Assembly (NCBI GenBank): GCA_016936435.1
Contig: JAFGXX010000075.1
Coordinates: 6,469-70,468 of the forward strand
Direction: 5' to 3'
DNA from: Bacteroidales bacterium
GTDB taxonomy: Bacteria; Bacteroidota; Bacteroidia; Bacteroidales; VadinHA17
Length of the DNA stretch: 64,000 nt
In this document: one piece after another, positions 17,495 to 27,534 of the stretch
How the letters are laid out: each line of letters starts with the position of its first letter
How positions within the stretch are numbered: the stretch's first letter is position 1
Program-made: the position numbers and the translations under genes
Notes under the pieces: generated by a model
Databases searched by the model: none
Seen by the model: only the letters and a program-made list of their open reading frames with translations
Told to the model about the DNA's origin: nothing

Positions 17495-18976
17495 TCATTC
17501 TCCGGGAGCCCTGTAAAGTTCTATGTTTGATATCACCGGGCAGGATTTAGCCCTGGTAAAGTTTATTCTTACTTTCGAAGCAGTAACGACAGGGAATTTC
17601 CTTATGACCTTATAGCCTACCGTTGTTCCGTCGAGAAGATGGTTCCACTCTCCGTCCACCAATACCTCAACGCTGAATTCCTGTACCCGTTGACCGAGTT
17701 TTATATACTCCTGAAGCAGGATTCTGTTCAGCTCTGTCGGAGTTCCCAGGTCTATTGTCACACTGGCCGGTGTTTGACCGTCGGAAGGAGCCCAGTATGT
17801 AGAGGGATCACCATCGTTAACCATTGAGGCACGGAATTTTCTTCCCCTTGAATCAGAAGCAAGGGCCTTTTTATCCTTTGCCAGCTCCCGGGCAAATTCC
17901 TTTTCACGTAACTCCTTGAATTTCAATAGTGAATTTACATCTGTTTCATGAAGCAGCCCTCTCTTGTCAGGTGGCACGTTGAGCAGAAGATTACTGTTCC
18001 TTCCTACTGATGAATAGTACAGCTCCATAAGATTTTCAGCCGACCTGACCATTGAATCCTGCCGCTCATGCCAGAACCAACCCGGGCGGATCGAAACGTC
18101 GACTTCGGCCGGCACCCAGTATTTTCCGTCTTCATGACCTTCACCGAGGATCTTTGCAAAACCGCCTCCCGGGTACATATCGTCCTTGTTCAGAAGACAC
18201 CAGTTTGTCAGACTCCCCATCCCGCTCTCGTTCCCGACCCATCGGATATCGGGACCTGCATCGCTGAACATCACCGCTCCGGGTTGCAGCTCCCTCACAA
18301 TTGTGTGTGTCCCAGACCAGTCATAATATGTTTTATTGTCTATCCTCCTCGTTTCCCTGGCGCCTCCGTAAAAACCATCTCCGCCATTTGCACCATCGAA
18401 CCATACCTCAAAAATCTCACCGTAACCTGTAAGAAGCTCCCTTAGCTGATTACGGTAATAATCAAGGTATTCCGGAGTCCCGTAAACGGCACTGTTACGA
18501 TCCCATGGCGACAGGTAAACACCCATCTTCAGACCATATTCATCACAGGCCTGTCTGAGTTCTCTGAGAATATCGCCTTGCCCGTCCCTCCAGGGTGAAC
18601 TTTTCACTGAATGTCCTGTGTAGGCTGAGGGCCAGAGACAGAACCCGTCATGATGTTTGGCTGTAAGGATGATGCCCTTCATCCCGGCGTCGTGCGCGAC
18701 TTTTGCCCACTGCCTGCAGTCGAGAGCCGAGGGATTGAAAACTGCCGGACTCTCATCACCATAGCCCCATTCCCTGTCGGTAAAGGTGTTAACCGTAAAA
18801 TGAACGAACATATAATATTCCATTTCGTGCCATGCAAGCTGCCGCTCTGATGGCAGAGGTCCGTATGGTTCGGGGGCCCGGACCTTTGTGCATGAAACCA
18901 GGCCTGTAACAACCAGAAGAAGAAGGATCAGATTTATTGTTAAAGGCAGACTGTTTTTTCTGTTCATTGAATACAT
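17495..18976 (-). CDS. GH29 alpha-L-fucosidase with C-terminal F5/8 type C (discoidin-like) domain
   Basis: AKHHDGFCLWPS and the surrounding GH29 pattern are present. A lipoprotein-type signal (LVSCTK) appears if translation starts at the internal Met (nt 18976 by the ORF-track frame). The C-terminal ~130 aa are discoidin-like. Confidence 0.8.
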   Translation of the reverse strand: MYSMNRKNSLPLTINLILLLLVVTGLVSCTKVRAPEPYGPLPSERQLAWHEMEYYMFVHFTVNTFTDREWGYGDESPAVFNPSALDCRQWAKVAHDAGMKGIILTAKHHDGFCLWPSAYTGHSVKSSPWRDGQGDILRELRQACDEYGLKMGVYLSPWDRNSAVYGTPEYLDYYRNQLRELLTGYGEIFEVWFDGANGGDGFYGGARETRRIDNKTYYDWSGTHTIVRELQPGAVMFSDAGPDIRWVGNESGMGSLTNWCLLNKDDMYPGGGFAKILGEGHEDGKYWVPAEVDVSIRPGWFWHERQDSMVRSAENLMELYYSSVGRNSNLLLNVPPDKRGLLHETDVNSLLKFKELREKEFARELAKDKKALASDSRGRKFRASMVNDGDPSTYWAPSDGQTPASVTIDLGTPTELNRILLQEYIKLGQRVQEFSVEVLVDGEWNHLLDGTTVGYKVIRKFPVVTASKVRINFTRAKSCPVISNIELYRAPGE

Positions 18977-19027
18977 ATTAACTGTACGTAAATCTTTGTA
19001 ATTATTGCAAGCCATAAGTTGACATAG

Positions 19028-22000
19028 CTATCTGGAAAGGTCTTTTATTCTGATGTTTCTGAATCTGACTATCGAACCATGTCCCAGAAATCCTATGTGC
19101 CCGGTTTTATTTTTCAGCCCGGGATGTTCTCTTCCGTCCATAGTTCCGCTATCGCGCGGACCGGCTATATCGCCGTCGACAATCACAGTACTGTTGAGGG
19201 TGACTTTGATCCTTGTTCCCCGTGCCTCCACTTCCTGGTAATTCCATTCGCCAACAGGTTTCAGATATCCTCTTTTTGCCGGTATTACACCATATACAGA
19301 TCCATGATACTGGTAAGGCTGAAGCTTTGCATAGACCGGGGCAGTATTGTCGAGTATCTGCAATTCCATTCCCGTATAGGCAGCATCGCCTTTAAGCGGA
19401 GCCCTGATACCGAGACCGTTATTTGCTGCAGGTGTTAGCATGAATTCAAACCTCAGTATAAAGTCGGAATATTCATTTTCAGTGTACAGGTTACCACCGC
19501 TGCCCTTGTCAGGCTTTATCACTATCATCCCGTCCTCGGCTACATAGGATTCCCTGTTGCCTGTCCAGTTATCAAGGTTCCTGCCGTTAAATAAAGAAAC
19601 GAAGCCTTCAGTCTTTTCCTCCCGGGTAAGATTATATGAGGTTTCATCTATTTCCCTGATGTAAATATCCCTGAAAGCCAGGTCTGTACCATGAGCCTGA
19701 AGTTCTACAGGACCTCTGGGAAAGATTGGTATACTGCGATCCCAATAGTTCTCCATAACCACATTATCGACAACCAGATGGCCGTTGAGCCATACAGACA
19801 CCTTTTCTCCCGTCATTAATATCCTGAAGCTGTTCCAGTCACCAACAGGGTTGTCTGCAACCATAAGAGGTTTAGAAGGATTCTTCTGATTGTTATACAG
19901 ACCCCCTGAACCCACCTGAGCTCCCACATCAACTCTCGAAGTATCCCATATCTGAACCTGTGGAGTTCCCCTGAGGTATATTCCGCTGTCTCCTTTCTTT
20001 GTTATTTTCCAGTCAACAAGCATCTCAAAATCACCATATTCCTTAATCGAGCAGAGATTGTTACCCTTTCCGTTAAACCATATTGCACCATCTCTGACAC
20101 TCCAGGTAAGAGGCACCTTTTTATCGGCTTCTGCCTGTTTTCGGGCAAGCTCGGATGGTTTCATCTTCGCCCTGGCAACAGGATTTTCCACCAGTCCCTG
20201 CCATCCGCTTAGGTCAGTTCCGTTGAAAAGAGACACAAATCCTTCATCATCGGGCATTCCCTGAAGGTATTTGTGGATCATCTCCCTGTTATATTCACTT
20301 TCAGGTCCCGCTAATCTTGCTGCCGCTTTTGTCAGTATCTCTCTTACATTACTACCAGACATCCCGTTTTTCCCGTCGGCTGAGGGAAGGCCTGTGAACA
20401 TTGCCGCTTTAGCTGCAACAGTGGAAGCATCAGGATCATCAAGGTAACCGGAAATATAAAACAGTGCAGGGTAAGTCTTGAGATTACCAAGTTCTGTCAG
20501 GATAGCGTTTTTCATGCCTGCATCCCCTGCAAAGGGCATTATTTTTCTGTAGTAAAGAAGCTTCTGATCGTCGGGCACGGAAGCAGTTTTTATCTGCTGT
20601 ATATAACCCTTAAAAGCAGCTTCCTTATACCTTTCATCGCCTGAAGCACATATTTCGTAAAGAGCCGAAGAGGCATTGAAATCCTTCCACTCCGACAGGG
20701 CCCTGAACGACACAGCCTTAACAGCCTGGTCTCCGGCTTCAAATTCCCTGAGGACTGCATTCAGGGCTTCTGTTCCTCCCGTCTTAGGAAGAATGGGAAT
20801 CAGCTTTTCTTTAAGCTGTTGATCTCCAAGCATTTTCAGCATTTCAGCAGATCTTTTCCCCGGATCAGTTATCTTTCCTGCTGCCGAGGCAAGAGCTGAC
20901 TGAAGATCAGCAATATGTTTTTTGTCTCCGGTTGACCGTAGAAGAGCTATCAGATCATCCTGATCCTGCGGACCGGCAAGAGATTTGAGTGCAGCAAATG
21001 CTGCATTTTTAACATTTTCGGATGAATGACCGGTATAGGGCAGCACTTTCGCGAAATGTTCCGGCTGTTTTTTCCATGCCATAAGGTTTATAGCACTTTC
21101 TTTTGCAGCACTATGACCGTCGCGAAGCAGGTCGTCAAGCAGTGCGGCCTCTTCGACACCTGCAATAGTCATGAACGCTTTCACTGCAGCTTCCTGATCG
21201 GACTGATCTTCCTGAGCCGACATATAGTTTACAAGGTAAGGCGCTGCTTCATTTCCGGATATAACCGCCAGGGCGCCTGCGGCAGCCTGTCTCACTGAGG
21301 GATCTGCATCAGCCAAAGCTTCAGTCACCACAGGAAGAGCAGCCTTGTCACGCATCCTTCCGAAATAACTTATTATCTCATGTCGGGCAAAGGGCTTCGC
21401 TTCAGGAAAATAATTGATCCATTCCTTCAAAACTGAAGGATCATCAATTTTTTCAGAAATTCTTAAAGCTGCATTCCTGTAGCGGGAATCGTTGTCAGCA
21501 ACTGCTTTAATAAGCTGATTCATGGCTGAGGCTCCATTCATATCTGCATAAAGACTCAGTGCTGCGATGCGGTTCTGTACGGACTGTCCTTCCTTACATT
21601 CGCGGATAAGCAGTCTGGTTATTTTCCGGGCAGTTCCGGTATTGCCTTTTTCCGCACATGCTCTGGCATAGTTCAGCAGTGAAGTCGTAGCGCCGGTTGT
21701 CTCCCACCTGAAATTAAAACTTCGTGCGGCTTTAAGTAATACAGGGTAGGCCTGAGGACTGGCACTCTGTGCCAGGGCATTGTACGCGGCAGCAACAGTG
21801 TTGAGATTTTTATCGGCAGTCCATGCAATATACTCAGTAACAGCTTTTTGCGATTTCATTGATGCGAGCGCATTCATTACGGCAGCAGCACATGGCAGCG
21901 TCATATCCTTAAGTGCCCCTGCAAGAATATTTTCAGCAGCCTCACCTCCCACGGCAGCCAGTACCGATATTGCTGAGCCGCAGTTTTCCCTGTCAGTGAG

Positions 22001-22426
22001 AAATGTTTTCATAGCTTCAGCCGTGGCGTCGCTGCCAATAAGCTGCAGTTGCTTCATAAAAAAATCCCTGACACCGGCATCAGCCTTTGCTGATAAAAAC
22101 GCGATACACATTCTTTCCCAGTTGCTTCTGTCTGACTCTTTGCCTTTTTGTGACAGATACCTGGAGTATGACTCCACGGCAAATCTGAATTTTGTATCAT
22201 CACCGGCACCTGCAGGTATTATCTGGTCGCAGATCTTTCCTTGTCCCTCTTCTCCCAGTGTTTGCATTTCTTCCATAAGCCTGTTGAGTCCGTCGGGATC
22301 CTGAGCGGGCATCTGCGAAACCAAATCGGCAACTTTCGTGTCAAGGGTCCTTTTATCCTGAGAAAATGATAAAGCCGGCATCAGAATAATCACCAGCAAC
22401 AACGAGGTTATTTTAATTAGTTTCAT
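19028..22426 (-). CDS. Secreted HEAT/armadillo-repeat protein fused to two DUF1080 (3-keto-disaccharide hydrolase-like) domains
   Basis: 1132 aa with a signal peptide. About 700 aa are alanine-rich helical repeats (e.g. DPSVRQAAAGALA). Two DUF1080 units follow. Each starts EGFVSLFNG..L..W and ends with F+.I.I+ (roughly nt 19031-20250). Confidence 0.75.
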   Translation of the reverse strand: MKLIKITSLLLVIILMPALSFSQDKRTLDTKVADLVSQMPAQDPDGLNRLMEEMQTLGEEGQGKICDQIIPAGAGDDTKFRFAVESYSRYLSQKGKESDRSNWERMCIAFLSAKADAGVRDFFMKQLQLIGSDATAEAMKTFLTDRENCGSAISVLAAVGGEAAENILAGALKDMTLPCAAAVMNALASMKSQKAVTEYIAWTADKNLNTVAAAYNALAQSASPQAYPVLLKAARSFNFRWETTGATTSLLNYARACAEKGNTGTARKITRLLIRECKEGQSVQNRIAALSLYADMNGASAMNQLIKAVADNDSRYRNAALRISEKIDDPSVLKEWINYFPEAKPFARHEIISYFGRMRDKAALPVVTEALADADPSVRQAAAGALAVISGNEAAPYLVNYMSAQEDQSDQEAAVKAFMTIAGVEEAALLDDLLRDGHSAAKESAINLMAWKKQPEHFAKVLPYTGHSSENVKNAAFAALKSLAGPQDQDDLIALLRSTGDKKHIADLQSALASAAGKITDPGKRSAEMLKMLGDQQLKEKLIPILPKTGGTEALNAVLREFEAGDQAVKAVSFRALSEWKDFNASSALYEICASGDERYKEAAFKGYIQQIKTASVPDDQKLLYYRKIMPFAGDAGMKNAILTELGNLKTYPALFYISGYLDDPDASTVAAKAAMFTGLPSADGKNGMSGSNVREILTKAAARLAGPESEYNREMIHKYLQGMPDDEGFVSLFNGTDLSGWQGLVENPVARAKMKPSELARKQAEADKKVPLTWSVRDGAIWFNGKGNNLCSIKEYGDFEMLVDWKITKKGDSGIYLRGTPQVQIWDTSRVDVGAQVGSGGLYNNQKNPSKPLMVADNPVGDWNSFRILMTGEKVSVWLNGHLVVDNVVMENYWDRSIPIFPRGPVELQAHGTDLAFRDIYIREIDETSYNLTREEKTEGFVSLFNGRNLDNWTGNRESYVAEDGMIVIKPDKGSGGNLYTENEYSDFILRFEFMLTPAANNGLGIRAPLKGDAAYTGMELQILDNTAPVYAKLQPYQYHGSVYGVIPAKRGYLKPVGEWNYQEVEARGTRIKVTLNSTVIVDGDIAGPRDSGTMDGREHPGLKNKTGHIGFLGHGSIVRFRNIRIKDLSR

Positions 22427-22485
22427 CTATTCAACTTTAAACTGGTTCTGTTATTAATTTTGCATTTTGCATCCTTATCTCGCGG

Positions 22486-23754
22486 TCATATCCTCCATGG
22501 TCCTCTCATCGGCTGGTCAATAAGCCTGTTGGCTCCTTCATCGTCGATAAACCTCTGTATCACCGGATCATATTTAAGGTTTCTTCCGAGCCTTAGAGCA
22601 ATTATTCCCAGATTGACTATTGAGCAGGACCTGTGGCCGTTCGACTCATTCAGGGCAAATTTCTTCCTTGTCCTTACTGATTCGGTGAAAGTTGTGATCT
22701 GAGGTTCCGGATCAGGAAGTGCATCGATCAGTTTTTCCATGTTCCGGATATCGGATCTGAAGCCACGGAATATCTTTCCATCAGGACCTTCGATATAGGC
22801 AGCGTCCTTGTCTCGGTTCTCCCCGTCGAGTATTATCTGACAGCCGTCGGCGTAGGTATAGGTTATCCTCCGCCATGAACCCACAGCATCATAATGTTGC
22901 TGGGGTGCATCTATTTCAACCGACACCGGGCCGGTGTCATCTTTCCCGAGTAAATATTGAACAGGATCAAGATAGTGTTGTCCCATATCGCCAAGACCGC
23001 CGCCGTCATAATCCCAATAGCCTCTGAATTTTGAATGCACTCTTTCAGGATTATAGGGCTTGTAAGGTGCCGGGCCCAGCCACATGTCGTAATCCAGCTC
23101 TTCAGGAACCGGTAGCGGTTGAAGGTTATGAAGTCCGCTCCAGTAGAATTTCCAGTCATAGCCGGTGATACCGCTTACTGTAACCTTCAGGGGCCATCCG
23201 AGCACACCGCTGTCGACGAGCTTTTTCAGTGGTTTAACGGTGGTTCCCAGTCCATAGAACTGATCCTTGAATCTGAACCAGGTGTTCAGACGAAACATAA
23301 CCCCATGGTTTTTAACTGCCTCAACGACTTTTATTCCTTCTCCGATTGTCCGTGTCATCGGTTTCTCACACCATATATCCTTACCTGCCGCGGCAGCTGT
23401 TTTTGCCATTATCCCGTGCCAGTGTGGCGGCGTTGCTATGTGAACAACGTCTATGTCGTCGCGGGCTATCAGTTCGCGAAAATCGTGGTAACCGGTAACA
23501 TCAGTTCCTGCCTGTTCAATGGCACGTTTCAGATGGTTCTTATCCACATCACATACTGCAAGAACCCGGGTACCTTCATACGCGATATGTCCGCGACCCA
23601 TTCCACCCACACCGATAATACCTTTTGTAAGCTGATCGCTGGGTGCGGTATAACCCTGTCCTCCAAGCACATGGCGCGGAACGACGGTAAATCCTATTGT
23701 GGCAGCTGCAGCTTTCTTCAGAAATTCACGCCTGCCGTGATTGTTTTGTTTCAT
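22486..23754 (-). CDS. TAT-exported Gfo/Idh/MocA-family oxidoreductase
   Basis: 422 aa. Twin-arginine signal GRREFLKKAAAATIG, Rossmann motif GIIGVGGMGRGH and EKP motif (WCEKPM). Confidence 0.85.
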   Translation of the reverse strand: MKQNNHGRREFLKKAAAATIGFTVVPRHVLGGQGYTAPSDQLTKGIIGVGGMGRGHIAYEGTRVLAVCDVDKNHLKRAIEQAGTDVTGYHDFRELIARDDIDVVHIATPPHWHGIMAKTAAAAGKDIWCEKPMTRTIGEGIKVVEAVKNHGVMFRLNTWFRFKDQFYGLGTTVKPLKKLVDSGVLGWPLKVTVSGITGYDWKFYWSGLHNLQPLPVPEELDYDMWLGPAPYKPYNPERVHSKFRGYWDYDGGGLGDMGQHYLDPVQYLLGKDDTGPVSVEIDAPQQHYDAVGSWRRITYTYADGCQIILDGENRDKDAAYIEGPDGKIFRGFRSDIRNMEKLIDALPDPEPQITTFTESVRTRKKFALNESNGHRSCSIVNLGIIALRLGRNLKYDPVIQRFIDDEGANRLIDQPMRGPWRI

Positions 23755-23789
23755 CTGAAAATTATTTTAAATGATGATCTGTAAGAGAT

Positions 23790-24950
23790 CTATCTGTCTG
23801 ATCTTTTAAGGCAATAAAGAGATACAAGCCAGAGGTATACCATACATGCAAGAAGTATGGTCATGCCAATAGCCATGTTTGACATATCGCTGACCCATCC
23901 TGCCAGGAAAGGTATCACAGCCCCTCCGCTTATGGCCATCATCATCAGACCGGATATCTCATTGCTGCGCTGAGGGTATTTCTGTACAGCTATGGAGAAA
24001 ACGAGCGGCCATATATTTGCCACGGTCAGACCTGTCATAAAGACCAGGAACCAGGCAAGAGGAACTGATTTTGCAATAATCAGCAGTGTAAAGCATATAA
24101 TCCCGAGAAAGGACGTCCACATGAAGAACTTTCGTGCAGAAATCCTTGTCAACAGTATTGCTCCACCGAAAGTACCGAGCATACGGCCAAAAAAGTATAT
24201 GCTGCGACCCGATTCGGCAGCGTTCTGTTCGATGCCGAATTGCCTGATCAGGAATTGACCTGAGTTTGAATTGAAACCGACATCAACCCCTACAACCAGG
24301 AAGATGGAAAGAACCATCATTAACACAAAACCGTTACCCAGAAGTTTGAACGCAGAACCAAGTGAAGCCCTTGTTTGTGTATCACCTGACTCTTCAATTT
24401 TTATTGACCCAAGCCATATTACGGACAAAAGCGAAACAATACCGAATACCAGGAAAAGTAGTTTCCAGTCGCCGAACCTTGATGCAAAAAATATTGCAAG
24501 CGGGGCACCCAGCATCGAACCAATCGCTTTTACAAACTGAGAAAAACTAAGGAAGCTGGATGTCCTGTTACCCGGAACCACATCTACGAGGAGCGGGTTG
24601 GCGGAGACCTGGACAATTGTGTTTCCCATTCCCAGGAGAGCAAAGCCAACAAGAACCATTTCGAAGGTATAGAATATATATGGTACCAGGAGCCCTATGG
24701 CTGTTATCCCCATTCCGATGTTCAGCATAAAACGTTTTCCCAGACGTGACTGAAGCACACCAACAGGAACCGACAGCAGGAAAAACCAAAGAAATGCGGC
24801 TGAAGGAATAAGTTGTGCCAGTGTTGAGCTAAGTCCCATATCGGTACTTACCCGGTCGACGCCGATACCTACAATATCAACGAAGCTCATCACGAAAAAG
24901 GCCATGAGGACCGGAGCAATTCTTCTGAGGTTAATTTTATTTTCTGACAT
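23790..24950 (-). CDS. MFS sugar transporter (FucP/GluP-like)
   Basis: 386 aa with about 12 predicted TM segments. The N-terminal pattern FFVMSFVDIVG...LIPSAAFLWFF is typical of the glucose/galactose/fucose MFS subfamily. Confidence 0.7.
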   Translation of the reverse strand: MSENKINLRRIAPVLMAFFVMSFVDIVGIGVDRVSTDMGLSSTLAQLIPSAAFLWFFLLSVPVGVLQSRLGKRFMLNIGMGITAIGLLVPYIFYTFEMVLVGFALLGMGNTIVQVSANPLLVDVVPGNRTSSFLSFSQFVKAIGSMLGAPLAIFFASRFGDWKLLFLVFGIVSLLSVIWLGSIKIEESGDTQTRASLGSAFKLLGNGFVLMMVLSIFLVVGVDVGFNSNSGQFLIRQFGIEQNAAESGRSIYFFGRMLGTFGGAILLTRISARKFFMWTSFLGIICFTLLIIAKSVPLAWFLVFMTGLTVANIWPLVFSIAVQKYPQRSNEISGLMMMAISGGAVIPFLAGWVSDMSNMAIGMTILLACMVYLWLVSLYCLKRSDR

Positions 24951-25019
24951 ATGGATATGGTTAATGTTAACTTTTACCTCTTACTTCGGTCTTTCAGTTA
25001 AAAGCCCGTTCAGATAACC

Positions 25020-25955
25020 TTACATCAACGGCAACGCATGCTGGACGGATTTCCAGAAATCATCATCGAGAAGGCAGGCACTTCCCAGTATGGCAGCGTC
25101 TTCCTTCAATGCTGACAGGACTGGCTGACAATCACATTCTTCTCTTTTAAGAGCTTTTTCAAGAGCCTCTCCAAAAAGGTTAAAGGCATGGGATATGTTG
25201 CCGCCAATGACCAGCATTTCTGCTCCGAATCCTTTAAGCCACGGTGCAAGGAATACTCCCAGTCTCTCACCGAAATCGGTGAACAGGTCTCTTGCGATCC
25301 TGTCGGATAAGGCTATCTCTGCAAGCTCCCGGACGCCCCGTATCTCTTTTCCTGTGATCATTTTATATTCGCCTGTGAACCATCGTGTCGAAAAATAATC
25401 ATCGGCGATGCCTTCACGGTAAGGAAGATGGTAGACACAGCCAAGACGTGGTACCTCAGGTCCGTCGACAACGGGTATTTTCCCGTTTATAAAGGCTGAG
25501 CCGAAACCCGTGCCCAGGGTAATATCCAGCGAACGAACGACAGATGAAGCACTGCCGGCCCAGGCTTCCCCAACGGCAAACGATGAGGCATCGTTCATAA
25601 ACCTGATCAGCAAATCGTCAGAAACGCCCAGCCTCGAAGAAATGGCTTTTCCTATATTAAGGCCATACAGTTTTTCATACTTGGTTACACCTTTTATATA
25701 ACTTATCCCTTTTACATAATCGAAAGGACCGGGCATGGCAAAACCGATGCCTTTGATTTTTTCAACTCCGGTTACTGACATTACCTCTCTAAGTGCATCA
25801 GCCCAGGTACCCGTAATAACTTCAGCGCTTTCCTGATTATCAACCTCCCTCCCTGTCACAGACCCTTTTATTATCTCTCTTGTTGTGAGGTCGACAGCAG
25901 CACAAGTTATATGACTGCCTCCGATATCGGCACCTATAGCCAGATGTTTTTCCAT
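25020..25955 (-). CDS. ROK-family sugar kinase
   Basis: I prefer the start at MEKHLAIGADIGGSHI (nt 25955), which carries the ATPase phosphate-1 motif. ROK-like core. I do not see the CxCGxxGC zinc motif. Confidence 0.7.
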   Translation of the reverse strand: MEKHLAIGADIGGSHITCAAVDLTTREIIKGSVTGREVDNQESAEVITGTWADALREVMSVTGVEKIKGIGFAMPGPFDYVKGISYIKGVTKYEKLYGLNIGKAISSRLGVSDDLLIRFMNDASSFAVGEAWAGSASSVVRSLDITLGTGFGSAFINGKIPVVDGPEVPRLGCVYHLPYREGIADDYFSTRWFTGEYKMITGKEIRGVRELAEIALSDRIARDLFTDFGERLGVFLAPWLKGFGAEMLVIGGNISHAFNLFGEALEKALKREECDCQPVLSALKEDAAILGSACLLDDDFWKSVQHALPLM

Positions 25956-26214
25956 AACCTTCTTAAAAGTGATTTCACATAAAACAGTTTGATAACAGGT
26001 GTTGAAAATATCATATTTTACCGTCAAAGCCAAATCCGGCTTCTAAAATATTGGTTTTCGCTTCCGGGGTTTAAAAATACATGATATTAAACGTTTGTTT
26101 AAACTACCTGACAATATTCATGGATAAATCAAATTATTTATTATATTTTCGGTATAGTATTTTCTGATCTCAGTTCCTTAATATTTCCCGACACTAAACT
26201 TAACTATCATATCT

Positions 26215-27522
26215 ATGGCAAAAGTGACAAAAGAGGACGCCCTTCTCTATCACAGCAGGGGCCGTCACGGAAAAATAGAGGTTATCCCGACAAAACCTTA
26301 CGCTACCCAGTTCGACCTGAGCCTTGCCTATACCCCCGGAGTGGCATATCCATGTCTCGAAATTGAAAAAAATCCCGATGACGTATATAAATATACGGCA
26401 AAAGGCAACCTGGTGGCGGTAATATCAAACGGGACTGCCGTTCTTGGCCTCGGAGATATCGGTGCGATGGCCGGAAAACCTGTGATGGAGGGCAAAGGCC
26501 TTCTGTTTAAAGTGTTTGCCGACGTAGATGTTTTTGATATTGAAGTGGATGAAAAAGATCCTGACAAGATGATAGAGATATGTGCCAGAATCGCTCCCAC
26601 CTTCGGAGGCATCAATCTGGAAGACATAAAAGCTCCGGAATGCTTTGAGGTCGAAACCAGGCTTAAAGAGATGCTCGACATCCCTGTGTTTCACGACGAT
26701 CAGCACGGGACGGCAATAATTTCGGGTGCCGGACTTCTCAATGCCATGGAGATAACAGGCAAGAAAATTGATGAGATCAGGATGGTCGTATGCGGGGCCG
26801 GTGCTGCAGCAATTTCATGTTCAAGACTGTATATGTCGTTGGGAGTGAAAAAAGAAAACATTGTGATGTGCGACAGCAAGGGTGTTCTGAACAGGAAACG
26901 CAGCGACCTGAACAGGTATAAACAGGAATTTGTGACAGATCGTAACATCGACACCCTCGAAGAAGCCATGAAGGGCGCCGATCTTTTCCTTGGCCTCTCG
27001 GTGGCTGACATGGTTTGCAGGGAGATGCTTGCTTCGATGGCAGAAAACCCTGTCGTATTCGCCATGGCCAATCCAAATCCAGAGATCACCTACGAAGAAG
27101 CCATGGCTACGAGAAATGATCTTATTTTTGCTACGGGCAGGTCGGATTATCCTAACCAGATAAACAATGTCCTCGGTTTTCCCTTCATTTTCAGAGGTGC
27201 TCTCGACGTAAAAGCTTCGACCATAAATGAGGAAATGAAACTCGCAGCTTCCAGAGCACTGGCCGACCTGGCAAAAGAACCGGTCCCTGAGTCGGTTCTG
27301 AAAGCCTACGGGGTTGAAAACATTACTTTCGGGAAAGAATACATAATACCCAAGCCTCTTGACCCCAGACTCATTTCAAGAGTTGCTTCGGCAGTAGCCA
27401 GGGCAGCCGTTGATACGGGAGTGGCAAGAGAGCCTGTTACCGACTGGGAAGAATACAGGAACAGTCTTGACCAGAGGACGGGCGAACATATCAGAAAGAT
27501 AGGACAGATGAGCGGAATTTAG
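26215..27522 (+). CDS. NAD(P)-dependent malic enzyme (short form, no PTA domain)
   Basis: 435 aa. Contains [24 protein letters not shown] and VCGAGAAA motifs. Confidence 0.85.
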   Translation: MAKVTKEDALLYHSRGRHGKIEVIPTKPYATQFDLSLAYTPGVAYPCLEIEKNPDDVYKYTAKGNLVAVISNGTAVLGLGDIGAMAGKPVMEGKGLLFKVFADVDVFDIEVDEKDPDKMIEICARIAPTFGGINLEDIKAPECFEVETRLKEMLDIPVFHDDQHGTAIISGAGLLNAMEITGKKIDEIRMVVCGAGAAAISCSRLYMSLGVKKENIVMCDSKGVLNRKRSDLNRYKQEFVTDRNIDTLEEAMKGADLFLGLSVADMVCREMLASMAENPVVFAMANPNPEITYEEAMATRNDLIFATGRSDYPNQINNVLGFPFIFRGALDVKASTINEEMKLAASRALADLAKEPVPESVLKAYGVENITFGKEYIIPKPLDPRLISRVASAVARAAVDTGVAREPVTDWEEYRNSLDQRTGEHIRKIGQMSGI

Positions 27523-27534
27523 GGAAGGGTTATC

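Noticed and set aside
23119-23784. 221-aa plus-strand ORF antisense to the Gfo/Idh/MocA gene. Similar long antisense ORFs occur at 21780-22304, 7552-8115, 11186-11668, 30426-30947, 42444-42890 and 57334-57807.
   Set aside because: All are nested within well-supported genes on the opposite strand and show no family resemblance. I treat them as shadow ORFs.
25956-26214. AAACGTTT / GTTTAAAC mini-palindromes in the ROK / malic-enzyme divergent region as an operator
   Set aside because: These are short AT-rich palindromes of the kind expected by chance in a 259-bp AT-rich spacer. No adjacent regulator or second copy supports them.
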